Positions 1 through 9,483 of a DNA stretch of 64,000 nucleotides are shown piece after piece (position 1 is the stretch's first letter; the number at the start of each line of letters is the position of its first letter). The stretch lies in the IMG/VR virus record IMGVR_UViG_3300046678_000067, positions 1 through 64,000 of that record. The stretch is one strand, 5' to 3'. Origin of the DNA: a virus (Duplodnaviria > Caudoviricetes). The notes under the pieces were generated by a model, which was not told the origin of the DNA, made no database searches, and saw nothing but the letters and a program-made list of their open reading frames with translations. Both the position numbers and the translations under genes were made by a program.

Positions 1-1473
1 CAAGCCCGTAAGGATAAACTTAAGCAAGCCAAGGATGACCATTCAACTAAGGTTGCTAAGGATAAGCTGGATCTACAAGCTGCCAAGGCCAAACAGAAGC
101 AAAACTACGATAACTTGAGATTGCAGTTGAAGCAACAAGCAGATGCTCGTAAGGCGAAGCTTGACGCTGATAAGTTGGCTCAGAAGCAGAAGAATGATGC
201 CGACCGACTTGATATTCAACAAAAGCGTAGCGATGCGGCAGCGAAGATCAAGAAGTTGAAGAACGATCTACGCGATGATCACCGTAATAAGACCAACGCT
301 TCTAAGGCAGCGTTTGCTCAACAGAAGGCTGATCAATCTGCACGTAACAAGGCTCGTATTCAGAAGATTCGTGGTATGCAACAAGACCATAAATTGCGTA
401 TGAAGAAGATTGAAGAGACTTACAAGGCTGAGAGTATCGTCCGCGCTGCTGCTCTGAAGAGAGAGATCAAGGAGAAGGAAAAGAAACTCAACAAGTCTAT
501 TCAACACGGAGAAGATTTCAAGAAGGCTATTGGATCAGGTTTAGCTGAAGCCAATCCTGTGGCCGCTGCGGGTATTGAGATTTATAAGGGTATCAAGGGG
601 CTTTACGATAAGAAGAACAAGGAGAAGAAACTTAACAAGGTTCAACCTCCAGCGCACACTTCTAACGCGGCCCACGTAACTGCAGGAGCAGCCGCTCCTG
701 CCCCTGCTAACGGACCGTCTAACGGGCCTAGCGGCGGATCGACGCAGGGGCCAGGCGGTGGTCTCCTGTCGATGCTACCGTCTGTTTCGGGTATTATTTC
801 CGGTATCGGCTCGCTATTCTCAGGAATCGTCAGCGCGTTCTCAGGAATTGGATCGATGATCATGGGCGCAGCCGAATTCCTACCTGTAATTGCCGGTGTT
901 GCAGCAATTATCGGAGGCGTTTGGAAGTTCATCGAAGGATTCAATGATGCTTCTTCTTTGTTCGGGGAGAAGGTTTCTGATACTGATTATGTCAAGCGAA
1001 TCTATTCAGGCTTCGTGAACGTGGTTAGTTCTATCCTTGGCATCTTTGATACCGTTGCGGGCTGGCTAGGATTCGACTCTGATCTTGAAGGCAGTTTCAA
1101 GAAAAACGCGGTCAAGTTGTTCGACGCTATTCTTGATGGCTTCAGGGGAATTGTAGGTGGGATTGGAGACCTTCTAAGCTATATCCCAGGAATGGGTGAT
1201 ACGGCCAAGTCTCTACAAGCGTTTGGGAAGGGTGGTGGAAGCGGTTCTGTGGTTCCGAATGACGCGCCAAGCCAATCTTCTGTCTTGTCTAATAAGACTG
1301 ACACGGTGAACGACCTGAAGGACGATCTTGATGCCAAGAAGGGAGTTAAAGCGAACGTAGCGATGGTGACCGACAATAGCGTGAAGTCTAGCAACACGAC
1401 TATTGTTAATCAGAAGCTGAAGACGAGAAATGACGACACAATCGTAGGGCAGTACGCCTACGGAGTGCTTTAA
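1..1473 (+). CDS. Tape-measure/baseplate-hub-like (gp29-like) protein, 5' end outside window
   Basis: Frame open from base 1; Lys/Ala-rich coiled coil, then Gly-rich amphipathic repeats (SGIISGIGSLFSGIV) and C-terminal VTDNSVKSSNTTIVN typical of T4-like tail-length proteins. Confidence 0.5.
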   Translation, partial: QARKDKLKQAKDDHSTKVAKDKLDLQAAKAKQKQNYDNLRLQLKQQADARKAKLDADKLAQKQKNDADRLDIQQKRSDAAAKIKKLKNDLRDDHRNKTNASKAAFAQQKADQSARNKARIQKIRGMQQDHKLRMKKIEETYKAESIVRAAALKREIKEKEKKLNKSIQHGEDFKKAIGSGLAEANPVAAAGIEIYKGIKGLYDKKNKEKKLNKVQPPAHTSNAAHVTAGAAAPAPANGPSNGPSGGSTQGPGGGLLSMLPSVSGIISGIGSLFSGIVSAFSGIGSMIMGAAEFLPVIAGVAAIIGGVWKFIEGFNDASSLFGEKVSDTDYVKRIYSGFVNVVSSILGIFDTVAGWLGFDSDLEGSFKKNAVKLFDAILDGFRGIVGGIGDLLSYIPGMGDTAKSLQAFGKGGGSGSVVPNDAPSQSSVLSNKTDTVNDLKDDLDAKKGVKANVAMVTDNSVKSSNTTIVNQKLKTRNDDTIVGQYAYGVL

Positions 1474-1477
1474 ACAA

Positions 1478-1522
1478 CAAAAGCCCCTTTGACTCTCTAA
1501 CGAGTTTCAGGGGCTTTGTTTT
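1478..1522. terminator. Bidirectional intrinsic terminator
   Basis: aaagcccc...ggggctttgtttt between convergent genes. Confidence 0.7.
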
Positions 1523-1536
1523 ATCTGGAGAATTCT

Positions 1537-1911
1537 TTACTGAACATCAATCTCACGGATCGTGAGTAGCTGGGCATTGAAGAGTTGATCTTTGCCGTTT
1601 ACGTCCTTAGCCTGGAAGGGCCAAATGCCATCGAAATCCACCTGGACCAGCTTGTCTTGAGGACAATTGGCGTAGACCATGTGGAGGAAATACCCCAGCT
1701 CAACGTGACTGAGGGTGAAGCTAGTTGTTCCATTCTCCTTGACGATATCGTCGGCAGAAACTTTGGTCAGAACATCCAGGATAGATTTGTTACCGGCAAT
1801 CGAATTGGCGTCGCTGAACGAGACACCCATTCCTTCCGAGAAAAACACGATGGGTGCTTTGTTTTGGTCCGCGCCCACAACTTCATTTTGTTTGCTTTCG
1901 ACGGCGTTCAT
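1537..1911 (-). CDS. Hypothetical protein
   Basis: ORF; ATG at 1911 with AAGGT upstream. Confidence 0.6.
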   Translation of the reverse strand: MNAVESKQNEVVGADQNKAPIVFFSEGMGVSFSDANSIAGNKSILDVLTKVSADDIVKENGTTSFTLSHVELGYFLHMVYANCPQDKLVQVDFDGIWPFQAKDVNGKDQLFNAQLLTIREIDVQ

Positions 1912-1947
1912 TCTTGTTGCTACCTTAAAATAGAAAGGCATTAAGTT

Positions 1948-2052
1948 AAAACTGTCGGTATTTATTACCTTCAGCGTATTACCAATTCCCTGGCACGGGA
2001 TCGGCTAGAGCCTGGCTCGTTTCCCCCGAATTACTCCCTAACCGATAGTTCT
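1948..2052 (-). ncRNA. Structured 5' leader / small RNA candidate
   Basis: Downstream of TATAAT (2055-2060, minus strand); two alternative ~11-bp helices found by manual pairing. Confidence 0.4.
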
Positions 2053-2113
2053 TATTATACGCTTAATTAGCGTAACGAGAAGTAAAAAGTAAAGTTTTTT
2101 AATGTAGTCGTAA

Positions 2114-2145
2114 AAAAGCGACGGTAATAAATACGCGTCGCTTTT
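2114..2145 (-). terminator. Intrinsic terminator after rIIB
   Basis: aaaagcgacg/cgtcgctttt stem. Confidence 0.65.
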
Positions 2146-2163
2146 ACCGATAACTTTGGAAGT

Positions 2164-3342
2164 TTAGGCTTCGATACCTTCGTCTAGTTCGTTATTAACG
2201 AACAACTCAGTGACGTCCTTGAGAACCAGATATTCACAAACGCGCGCCTTCATGCTATTATAATCGGTCGGAATCGAAACGAAGTCCTTGGGATTCACAC
2301 GGCACAGAAGCACACGATCACCGCCGGTCCCCAAGCTGGGCGAACCGTATTGGGGAATATAAGCCTTCGCTGCTACGTGCAGACCAAACGAGCAAGTTTC
2401 GTGATCAAGCGGGTTCACCTTGTTACGCTTCATCTGGACCAGCTTACCCGGACTGTTGTCCATCTTACCGGTGTACTTGTCGAAGTAGTTGTTCTTCACA
2501 ACCTTATACGCCAACACGTAACCTTCCTTATCAAGACGCAAGTCGTTGTGCGCGATGAAGTCGTAGATGCGAGAAACAACGCGATGGTCCGGGTTTTCGT
2601 CGCACTTATTAAGGAAGTTAGAAAGCCCTTCTAGAGCCTCTAGATTTTCCTCTAGGAGAAGATTAACTAAGCGCTGAACGACCTTACCTGCGACCGTTTC
2701 GCCATCCAGCGTCACCTTTCCGTTCTCGACCGTTACGCGTCCGTTAGAATAGCGCGAAAGCGTATTCTTCATGTCGATAAAGTCCAAGACTGCTTGCCAA
2801 TCCTTGCTCTCCAGCGAAGCCTGAATCTTTTCGAAGTTCTTGTGCGTCTTATCGATAGTCAACGGCTTACCGTCACGAACCACAACCAATACTGCCGGCG
2901 TGATCAGGTACTGTAGAGGTTCAATATGCTTAGGCTGCTCTTGAATCGTATCCGCGATTTCAAAGTGGACATCTTCTGACGCTTCGTTGCTATCAGTATA
3001 ACCAAACTTCACAACATCATCTTCTAGCCAAACTGCTTCCAGATACGGATTCATGAATACAACTTGACGACCTCTTTCATCAATCTTCATATCGCCAGGC
3101 AGATTGCGAATACCAACCAGTTCTTGCTTCTCCCCTTCAGGAGAATGGAACTCCAGGAAGGCTCGGCTCCAGCCGCCAACAACGTCCGAATCGACAATGT
3201 TGAACTTTTCCTTGAAACGACTCACGCGGCTGCGAATCGCATCCTTAGACATTTGGAACGCATCACCAAGTTCAGCCCACGACAACTGGCGCGACAGGGA
3301 GTTACGAGCTACGATTGCTGCTACGATTTCATACGACTTCAT
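2164..3342 (-). CDS. rIIB: RIIB-like protein
   Basis: C-terminal TCSFGLHV...VNPKDFVSIPTDY...KARVCEY motif; follows rIIA. Confidence 0.9.
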   Translation of the reverse strand: MKSYEIVAAIVARNSLSRQLSWAELGDAFQMSKDAIRSRVSRFKEKFNIVDSDVVGGWSRAFLEFHSPEGEKQELVGIRNLPGDMKIDERGRQVVFMNPYLEAVWLEDDVVKFGYTDSNEASEDVHFEIADTIQEQPKHIEPLQYLITPAVLVVVRDGKPLTIDKTHKNFEKIQASLESKDWQAVLDFIDMKNTLSRYSNGRVTVENGKVTLDGETVAGKVVQRLVNLLLEENLEALEGLSNFLNKCDENPDHRVVSRIYDFIAHNDLRLDKEGYVLAYKVVKNNYFDKYTGKMDNSPGKLVQMKRNKVNPLDHETCSFGLHVAAKAYIPQYGSPSLGTGGDRVLLCRVNPKDFVSIPTDYNSMKARVCEYLVLKDVTELFVNNELDEGIEA

Positions 3343-5770
3343 CAGTTAATTCCTCAAACTCTTCAGGTTGAACATCATTACCCCGCAGGGCGTTATAGTC
3401 TACTACATATTGATACAATTTTGGCGATACTGAATCGTCATTATGGACAGGAGTATGGCGGGCCAATAGTTCAAAGGATGGATAGTAAGCATCAAAGTCT
3501 TTCTCCATCTGATCGAATTCTTCTGAGACGTCAATCTCAAGAATCTTAGACCATTCATACCCATCGAAATACTTGATCATCCCGTAAGAACGCAGACGGT
3601 CAATCATTCTCGTTTCCGATGTACTACTAGCTTGTAGATTTTCGGTACTAGCCAATCTCTCCACAAGTTGACGCTCAATCAAGAACGGATGAACATATTC
3701 TTGATTCTTTACTAGCTCTCGCATTAGCGCTTCGGCGTGAGTCTTGAAAGAATAACGAAACCATAGCGGATTCGCAGATTCAACTTTCTTAGCTGAATTA
3801 TACTTCTTGTAATCATCGCTCGGCTCATGTCCATCTAGACGCTCAGCAATAACTTCCTTGAATTCCCGAATCCCATACTCTTTCAGAGCGTTTAGATTGC
3901 CCATACCCGACTTACGGACAATGAACATCTTATAACCGAAAGACTCAGCAAACGCTCGCATATCTTCCATCTTGATGGTTGGATAGTCGATCAGATCGCT
4001 ACGCAACGCCGTTACATAGAAGGTTGAATCAACAAATTCCTTCTTCGCCTTCTCAGCTTGTTCCTCGTAATCATCTTCGGACTCATCGCAATCCGGCAGA
4101 ACCATAGCATCTAGCTCTGACCAACGGAACTTAACTTCCCAATTCTTTCGACTGGAAACATAAGTTACGCCATCAAGAATCTTATCATCCTCTTTAGCGC
4201 GACGTTGAATGTCAGGACGCGGAACGCTACTGAAGAACGTGAAATTGTTCTTAGTGATGCCTGGATGCAACGCCTCGAATCCTTTGATGAAGTCGCTAAA
4301 GTCGGTATGACTTCCCTTAAAGCGAGAGTCAACCCGAACAACAAAGGTGCGATTGGCCCAGCCGCGAGGCATCAAATTCAGCGCTGCTTTCATACGACCA
4401 ATACGATGCTTAGGTTCAAGCTCATCAATCAGTATGAAACGGTATGTTCCTGAATCTATGTTGTTTATGAACTCCCAATTGACCTTCATCTCACGAGCAT
4501 CGCGTTTGATATTCAACCGCAAATCTGACTTCTCAAATTCCTCCATATAGAACTGAGAAACCTTAGCAACCGCGTCAACGAATTTCGGCTCTTGTTTAAT
4601 GAGGTTGTTATCGTCATCATAAATCACCGGTGCGACTACTGGCTTCTTATATTCGTGATCGAAATACGGGAAGGCATTATCAATAATGCGATCATTAATC
4701 AAGAAACCAAGATTGTATACCGCATCGCTAACCGATAGATCAACGTTGGTCGTATTCTTCAGTTCCTTCATCTTCCGCCAAGCGTCTAGCGGAGTTGCCG
4801 CATCCTCAACTTGCTTTCGGAGAATCTTGCGATATTCCGATGCGAACAGATTATACTTCTCAAGGCTTCGTCTAGCAGTATTGTCATCATACGTCAGACC
4901 TTCACGTGACGGCAGCGGCTCTAGATCACCAATATTAAACTCTAGGACCAAAGCTGCATTATGACTCAACTTCTCATAAATGCGATTACCGTAGGGAATA
5001 TTGACCTGAGCGACATCAAGCGGATAAATCACCATACCCATACGAGCATAGACGGCACGAGCAGCCAAACCAAACTCTTGGGCATTAGCAAGAACAAAAC
5101 CATGAGGCGTTTCGATCAGCTTAATAGCTTCAACAAAATCGAATTCCTCAATGTTGTTGATAATCGGCTTCGGCTCCATCACGATCAACTGACGAGTCAG
5201 AGCACGCTTGTATTCAGCATACTTGTTACTCGCAGCCGGAATCATAACCTTGACGCCGTTTGGACGACCATCAGCCGTTTCGCCAGTCTTCAACAAACTT
5301 GGCAATCCGCTTTCAGACTTAAAGCAAAGATAGTGATGAGTGACCCCGTCATAGGTATTCTCTACCGTGAAGGTATCAGTAACCGCGAATGGGGATTTGG
5401 AACCAAGACCAAATGCACCGATTTGATCGTTGGTGTTTTCCTTTGTGGAAAGACCAAGTGTGGAATATAAGTCCTGAGCAACTTCGTCAGGCATACCTGG
5501 ACCGGAATCCTCGACAATGAAGTGAGGTTCAAGATCGGTTGGGAGAGTGACCTTGAAAGGTTCCTGAGGGAGACCCGATGCGAGTGATCGCATCTTCATA
5601 GCGTCCCAGGCATTAGAGCAAACTTCACGCACAACTGACCCAACTCGGTCAGTGTACAATCGGTCGCTCATAATACTGTAAATCTTCGGGGAGAGGGCAA
5701 TACCAAACTGCCGCTCTCCCATCAACCCGCCACGCTGAATATCGCGTGCGCTACTTTGTGTAATCGCCAA
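3329..5770 (-). CDS. rIIA: RIIA-like protein (GHKL ATPase N-terminus)
   Basis: LYTDRVGSVVREVCSNAWDA, DSGPGM, STKENTNDQIGAFGLGSKSPFA. Confidence 0.92.
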   Translation of the reverse strand: MAITQSSARDIQRGGLMGERQFGIALSPKIYSIMSDRLYTDRVGSVVREVCSNAWDAMKMRSLASGLPQEPFKVTLPTDLEPHFIVEDSGPGMPDEVAQDLYSTLGLSTKENTNDQIGAFGLGSKSPFAVTDTFTVENTYDGVTHHYLCFKSESGLPSLLKTGETADGRPNGVKVMIPAASNKYAEYKRALTRQLIVMEPKPIINNIEEFDFVEAIKLIETPHGFVLANAQEFGLAARAVYARMGMVIYPLDVAQVNIPYGNRIYEKLSHNAALVLEFNIGDLEPLPSREGLTYDDNTARRSLEKYNLFASEYRKILRKQVEDAATPLDAWRKMKELKNTTNVDLSVSDAVYNLGFLINDRIIDNAFPYFDHEYKKPVVAPVIYDDDNNLIKQEPKFVDAVAKVSQFYMEEFEKSDLRLNIKRDAREMKVNWEFINNIDSGTYRFILIDELEPKHRIGRMKAALNLMPRGWANRTFVVRVDSRFKGSHTDFSDFIKGFEALHPGITKNNFTFFSSVPRPDIQRRAKEDDKILDGVTYVSSRKNWEVKFRWSELDAMVLPDCDESEDDYEEQAEKAKKEFVDSTFYVTALRSDLIDYPTIKMEDMRAFAESFGYKMFIVRKSGMGNLNALKEYGIREFKEVIAERLDGHEPSDDYKKYNSAKKVESANPLWFRYSFKTHAEALMRELVKNQEYVHPFLIERQLVERLASTENLQASSTSETRMIDRLRSYGMIKYFDGYEWSKILEIDVSEEFDQMEKDFDAYYPSFELLARHTPVHNDDSVSPKLYQYVVDYNALRGNDVQPEEFEELTDEVV

Positions 5771-5779
5771 CCAAAATCC

Positions 5780-6013
5780 TTAATTCATTGTTTGACTCGC
5801 TCGCAATACCGTATGGTTGCGGGAGAACTTACCGCCTTCCAACATCGTCTTGCGACCCCATTGCTTCATCTTCTCTTTTGCTTCGGCGCGCGCAATTGCC
5901 ACGCTCGGATGCTCCTGCTTGAAATCGTTACCGCTGATAAACCCGGTTTCGACTTGCTTTGCCGGGATATACGCGCCTACGATTGCTGCGATTGCGTTGA
6001 GAAGGCTTTTCAT
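5780..6013 (-). CDS. Hypothetical protein
   Basis: ORF with AAGGAG SD downstream of an early-type promoter. Confidence 0.7.
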   Translation of the reverse strand: MKSLLNAIAAIVGAYIPAKQVETGFISGNDFKQEHPSVAIARAEAKEKMKQWGRKTMLEGGKFSRNHTVLRASQTMN

Positions 6014-6072
6014 GATATAGCTCCTTGAGAGGGGTTTCGTTAGGTTAGCGTTCTCGCTTAACCGTTAGAAGA

Positions 6073-6101
6073 ATTATAGTATATATGGAATAAAAAGTAA
6101 A
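6073..6101 (-). promoter_or_regulatory. Sigma70-like phage promoter TTTACT-17-TATAAT
   Basis: Exact motif and 17-nt spacing, recurring across the window. Confidence 0.75.
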
Positions 6102-6114
6102 GCGTCTAATATGA

Positions 6115-6146
6115 AAAAGCCTCTGGATTTCTCCAGAGGCTTTTTG
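6115..6146. terminator. Intrinsic terminator
   Basis: aaaaagcctctgga-tttc-tccagaggcttttt. Confidence 0.8.
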
Positions 6147-6395
6147 TTAATCTTGGGATTCGGGTTGTTCGTCGTCTACCGGATCAGGCGGTAGACCAAG
6201 CTTTGATCTAACAACTTTAGCAATCGACTTTTGCTTATCGGTGACACCATACTTGTGCTTGCCTACCATTTCCTTATCGGTGGCACTCCAAATACTATTG
6301 ACGTGTTCAGCAGGCTTTCCGCTTTTCTTTGATAGACCTTGAACAATACGGTTCACTTCAAGCAAATCAAGATACTCTTGAACTAGATTAGACAT
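6147..6395 (-). CDS. Hypothetical protein (probably late)
   Basis: ORF with GGAG SD and upstream CTAAATA motif. Confidence 0.65.
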   Translation of the reverse strand: MSNLVQEYLDLLEVNRIVQGLSKKSGKPAEHVNSIWSATDKEMVGKHKYGVTDKQKSIAKVVRSKLGLPPDPVDDEQPESQD

Positions 6396-6422
6396 AGGAT
6401 TTCCTCCAATTATATCTTGTAT

Positions 6423-6800
6423 TTAGCTATGAATCACATTTTCGATCCCATACTGAGAAATAACAGCTTGGCAGATAGGACAAGGCTTGCTAGGCATAAG
6501 ACGATACTTGTGATCTAGCCGCATGACCACAATAGTATGTTGTTTGGATAGCTGTTTATAGCTGAGGCGAGAAAGGGCGTGGACTTCGGCGTGAAGGCAA
6601 AACTTCATAGGCTCGTTCTGAGCCAAAGCTGCCTCTTTCTGCATAGGATGAGTCTTGGTATACGAGTTCCAGCCTTCAGTAAGAATGCGACCGCGAGAGT
6701 CAAGAACAAAGGCAACAACCTTCTGCCTATTGTCTTTGACTTCTTCGCGGTCTACTATTCCTATTGCCTTCTTGTGGAACCGAAGGATATTAAGATTCAC
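6423..6800 (-). CDS. Zinc-dependent cytidine/adenosine deaminase-fold protein
   Basis: HAEVHAL...PCPIC motifs; probable GTG start at 6800. Confidence 0.8.
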   Translation of the reverse strand: MNLNILRFHKKAIGIVDREEVKDNRQKVVAFVLDSRGRILTEGWNSYTKTHPMQKEAALAQNEPMKFCLHAEVHALSRLSYKQLSKQHTIVVMRLDHKYRLMPSKPCPICQAVISQYGIENVIHS

Positions 6801-7047
6801 CCCAAGGATCGACGGCAGGTTGCTCTTCAACAACCGGAGCTTCCAACTCGATCACCGAACGCAGATTGTTGATTGCGTAATCCAGATGATTGAGGCGCTC
6901 ACGCTTCTGTTCCACTTCCTTGCTGATAGCCTTAGCTTCAGCAGCAATAACGCTGAGCTTTCCTTCCACGACATTAATCTCAGCGGAAAGTGCCGCCCGA
7001 CGAATGCCCAACGACTTAATTTGTTCTTGCAGTTCCATATTAACCAT
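6790..7047 (-). CDS. Hypothetical coiled-coil protein
   Basis: ORF overlapping neighbours in operon. Confidence 0.6.
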   Translation of the reverse strand: MVNMELQEQIKSLGIRRAALSAEINVVEGKLSVIAAEAKAISKEVEQKRERLNHLDYAINNLRSVIELEAPVVEEQPAVDPWGES

Positions 7048-7669
7048 TCAGTTGTTGTACAGGCTTGTAAACCGTGTTATATGTCTCAAAGATGCCCGTA
7101 TTTGGCTCGATGCGAACGACGCCGCTCGTAGATACCTCATGACAATGACCCAAGCGTGGGTGATCCACGACTTCATCGAGATAGCAACGACCTCCCAATT
7201 GCAGACCATACGGCTTACCAATGTAATGCACTACAGGCTTTTCAGATTCCATTTTGTTTCCTTCAAGATATTTCTCAATTACTACCCAATCAGTTTCGGG
7301 ATCGAAACCGGCTTTATCGTCCAGCAAAACGCTGAAATAGAACTTCTCATCGAAGCTAGAAACGCGGGTATTGCTTTCCCCGTCATTAGCGTTGAAATCA
7401 TAAACTTCGATTCCATTATCATTGAAGAACCCAATGATATCAGACTTCTCATCACTATAGACCGACGACCAAAGAATGATCTTCGTCTCAGGTAGACTAC
7501 TGATCTTCCTCAGAACCCGCAAGGCGGATTGGTTGATCCAACGATAACCACCTTGTTCGTAATTCGACTCCAGACACACGCCGTGCAGGTCTACCGCCCA
7601 ATAGATGGTATCCCAGTTACGTTCTTTCATTGTCTTATATGCACGGGCTACAGCTTTAATGATCGACAA
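7040..7669 (-). CDS. HAD-like hypothetical protein
   Basis: AVDLHGV motif-I-like, IILWSS, LLDDKA motif-IV-like. Confidence 0.55.
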   Translation of the reverse strand: MSIIKAVARAYKTMKERNWDTIYWAVDLHGVCLESNYEQGGYRWINQSALRVLRKISSLPETKIILWSSVYSDEKSDIIGFFNDNGIEVYDFNANDGESNTRVSSFDEKFYFSVLLDDKAGFDPETDWVVIEKYLEGNKMESEKPVVHYIGKPYGLQLGGRCYLDEVVDHPRLGHCHEVSTSGVVRIEPNTGIFETYNTVYKPVQQLNG

Positions 7670-7671
7670 AA

Positions 7672-8919
7672 TCAGCTCCAGTTATCAAACAAAGTTTTAA
7701 CATACGAGGTATTAGCAATAGACCTGGCGCCGTTCATATTCTGAATCGCTTGGCGCATCTTCGCTTCTTTCTCCGCTATCCATCTATCGTAACTGAAGTA
7801 TGTACTAAAGTCTAGCGCATACTTCTGACGAGTATGAAGGCTATCATCCACTGACTTGAGAGCTTCAACCGCCTGATCTAGAAAATCCTTATTGCGATAA
7901 TCGATCATGACCGGCTCTTGAACTCTAGCTAGAAACTCTCTCGTACAATTAGGTTCACCCTTATGAAAGATGATAGACGGAACGCCCTTCTGAGCTGCTT
8001 CAAACGCAGTCAACCCAAATGTTTCATCCGGCCAAGTGATCAAACAGGCCTTAGCTTGAGAGAACGAGTCCATGATCCGACCATACGGCTGGTTCCAACG
8101 AAAGTCGATATTAGCGTTATGCTCAAATAGACCGCGTTGCTTCTCTAACCAAGCCGGATATGTTTTCTGAGTTGAAGGGAAACTCTTCCAAAAGATTCTC
8201 GTTGGATAATAGATATCCTTGATCTTGTGAGTCAGCTTCAGCGGATCGGCTCTAGACGCTGTAACCGCGAATCCTCGTGAATCCACAATCTCGTAATCTT
8301 CCTCAACGAACATGAAATTCTCAAAATGATCGTTGTAGAATGGCAACTTCTGATCTATGATATCTACGAACAAACGATAGTCGTCATCATTCTTCACATA
8401 CTTATCTCTAACCAACTTACCTTGAGAGTAAATCCGGTTGGCGGTCGATTCGGTATTAGCGACAAGATAGGCTCCCATCTTCACCAACTCGTGATAGGCA
8501 GTAATCCGCCCGGTGTCGATGAATAGATTGCCCGTCAAGAATCCGTGAAGCGTCATCAGAGTCGGTATCCCGGTTGTCTGAATAATCTTCTTGGCTGGTG
8601 AGGTAGTGTGGCTATGATACAACATAATATCCGGCTTCTCAGCCTTGATAATGTCAATCACGTTCTTCACACAAACGTTCTGCCAGGAGATTGTACTCAG
8701 ACCTTGCTCAATCGCAGCTTCCTTCGAAACCGGATTGACACATCGGGTCGTGAAGGGAAACTGGAATGGAGTTGCCTCTCCCGCATACAAGAAGATGACT
8801 TCGTGCCCGGCCCGCGTTAGATTGAAGGCGTCATCCTTAGCCACCTTCTCCAGACCGCCAGCTGCGCCTCTCCCCTCCATCGGGGAGCAAACGAAGTTAT
8901 CATATATGATAATTTTCAA
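7672..8919 (-). CDS. GT-B glycosyltransferase (GT4-like)
   Basis: N-terminal GGLEK...GHEV, LMTLHG, C-terminal PDETFGLTAFEAAQKGVP (E-x7-E). Confidence 0.85.
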   Translation of the reverse strand: MKIIIYDNFVCSPMEGRGAAGGLEKVAKDDAFNLTRAGHEVIFLYAGEATPFQFPFTTRCVNPVSKEAAIEQGLSTISWQNVCVKNVIDIIKAEKPDIMLYHSHTTSPAKKIIQTTGIPTLMTLHGFLTGNLFIDTGRITAYHELVKMGAYLVANTESTANRIYSQGKLVRDKYVKNDDDYRLFVDIIDQKLPFYNDHFENFMFVEEDYEIVDSRGFAVTASRADPLKLTHKIKDIYYPTRIFWKSFPSTQKTYPAWLEKQRGLFEHNANIDFRWNQPYGRIMDSFSQAKACLITWPDETFGLTAFEAAQKGVPSIIFHKGEPNCTREFLARVQEPVMIDYRNKDFLDQAVEALKSVDDSLHTRQKYALDFSTYFSYDRWIAEKEAKMRQAIQNMNGARSIANTSYVKTLFDNWS

Positions 8920-9480
8920 TTACTTCTCCAGCAAAATCTCGGGAATTTGTACCCAGCTTTCAGGAGGATTGTAGAAAAAATACTTGGCCTGACCTTTGAA
9001 ACACTTCCAGTATTTGTCCTTACCCTTCATATGGGTCGGTTTCTTCACGCTGACGATCTTGAAGCCTTTCAGCTTCTCAGCAACTTCATCCTCGTTCTTC
9101 GCCTTCGTGTAATACGGAATATCAACGTAATACAGATCAGGTTGATAGACCTTCTCGACCCACTCACGCAACTTCACATGCTGGTGATTCTGAATAGCGA
9201 TAGGGCAAACGATCTTTAATGCCTCTCTGCCAAGCAGGAATGTGCTAGGAAGGGCGAATGTGCCCAGGTCTGGGTCTAGTTCGGGGTCATGGAAGTAGCA
9301 GAATACGGACGCTCCTATCAGCTCAGCATAGTTGCGAATTTCCTGATCGCGTTTGCGGCCGCCCGTATAGACGGAACCGATGATCACGGTATGCCCTTCC
9401 TTAATCCAATCCACCATATGTCGGTGCATCGACAAGAAGGAATCGTCAATGTGAGCTTCTAATACAAAATAAGTTGTCAT
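8920..9480 (-). CDS. PIG-L/LmbE-family N-deacetylase
   Basis: EAHIDDSFLS metal motif, RDQE, P..I.NHQH, YVDIPY. Confidence 0.75.
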   Translation of the reverse strand: MTTYFVLEAHIDDSFLSMHRHMVDWIKEGHTVIIGSVYTGGRKRDQEIRNYAELIGASVFCYFHDPELDPDLGTFALPSTFLLGREALKIVCPIAIQNHQHVKLREWVEKVYQPDLYYVDIPYYTKAKNEDEVAEKLKGFKIVSVKKPTHMKGKDKYWKCFKGQAKYFFYNPPESWVQIPEILLEK

Positions 9481-9483
9481 GAT

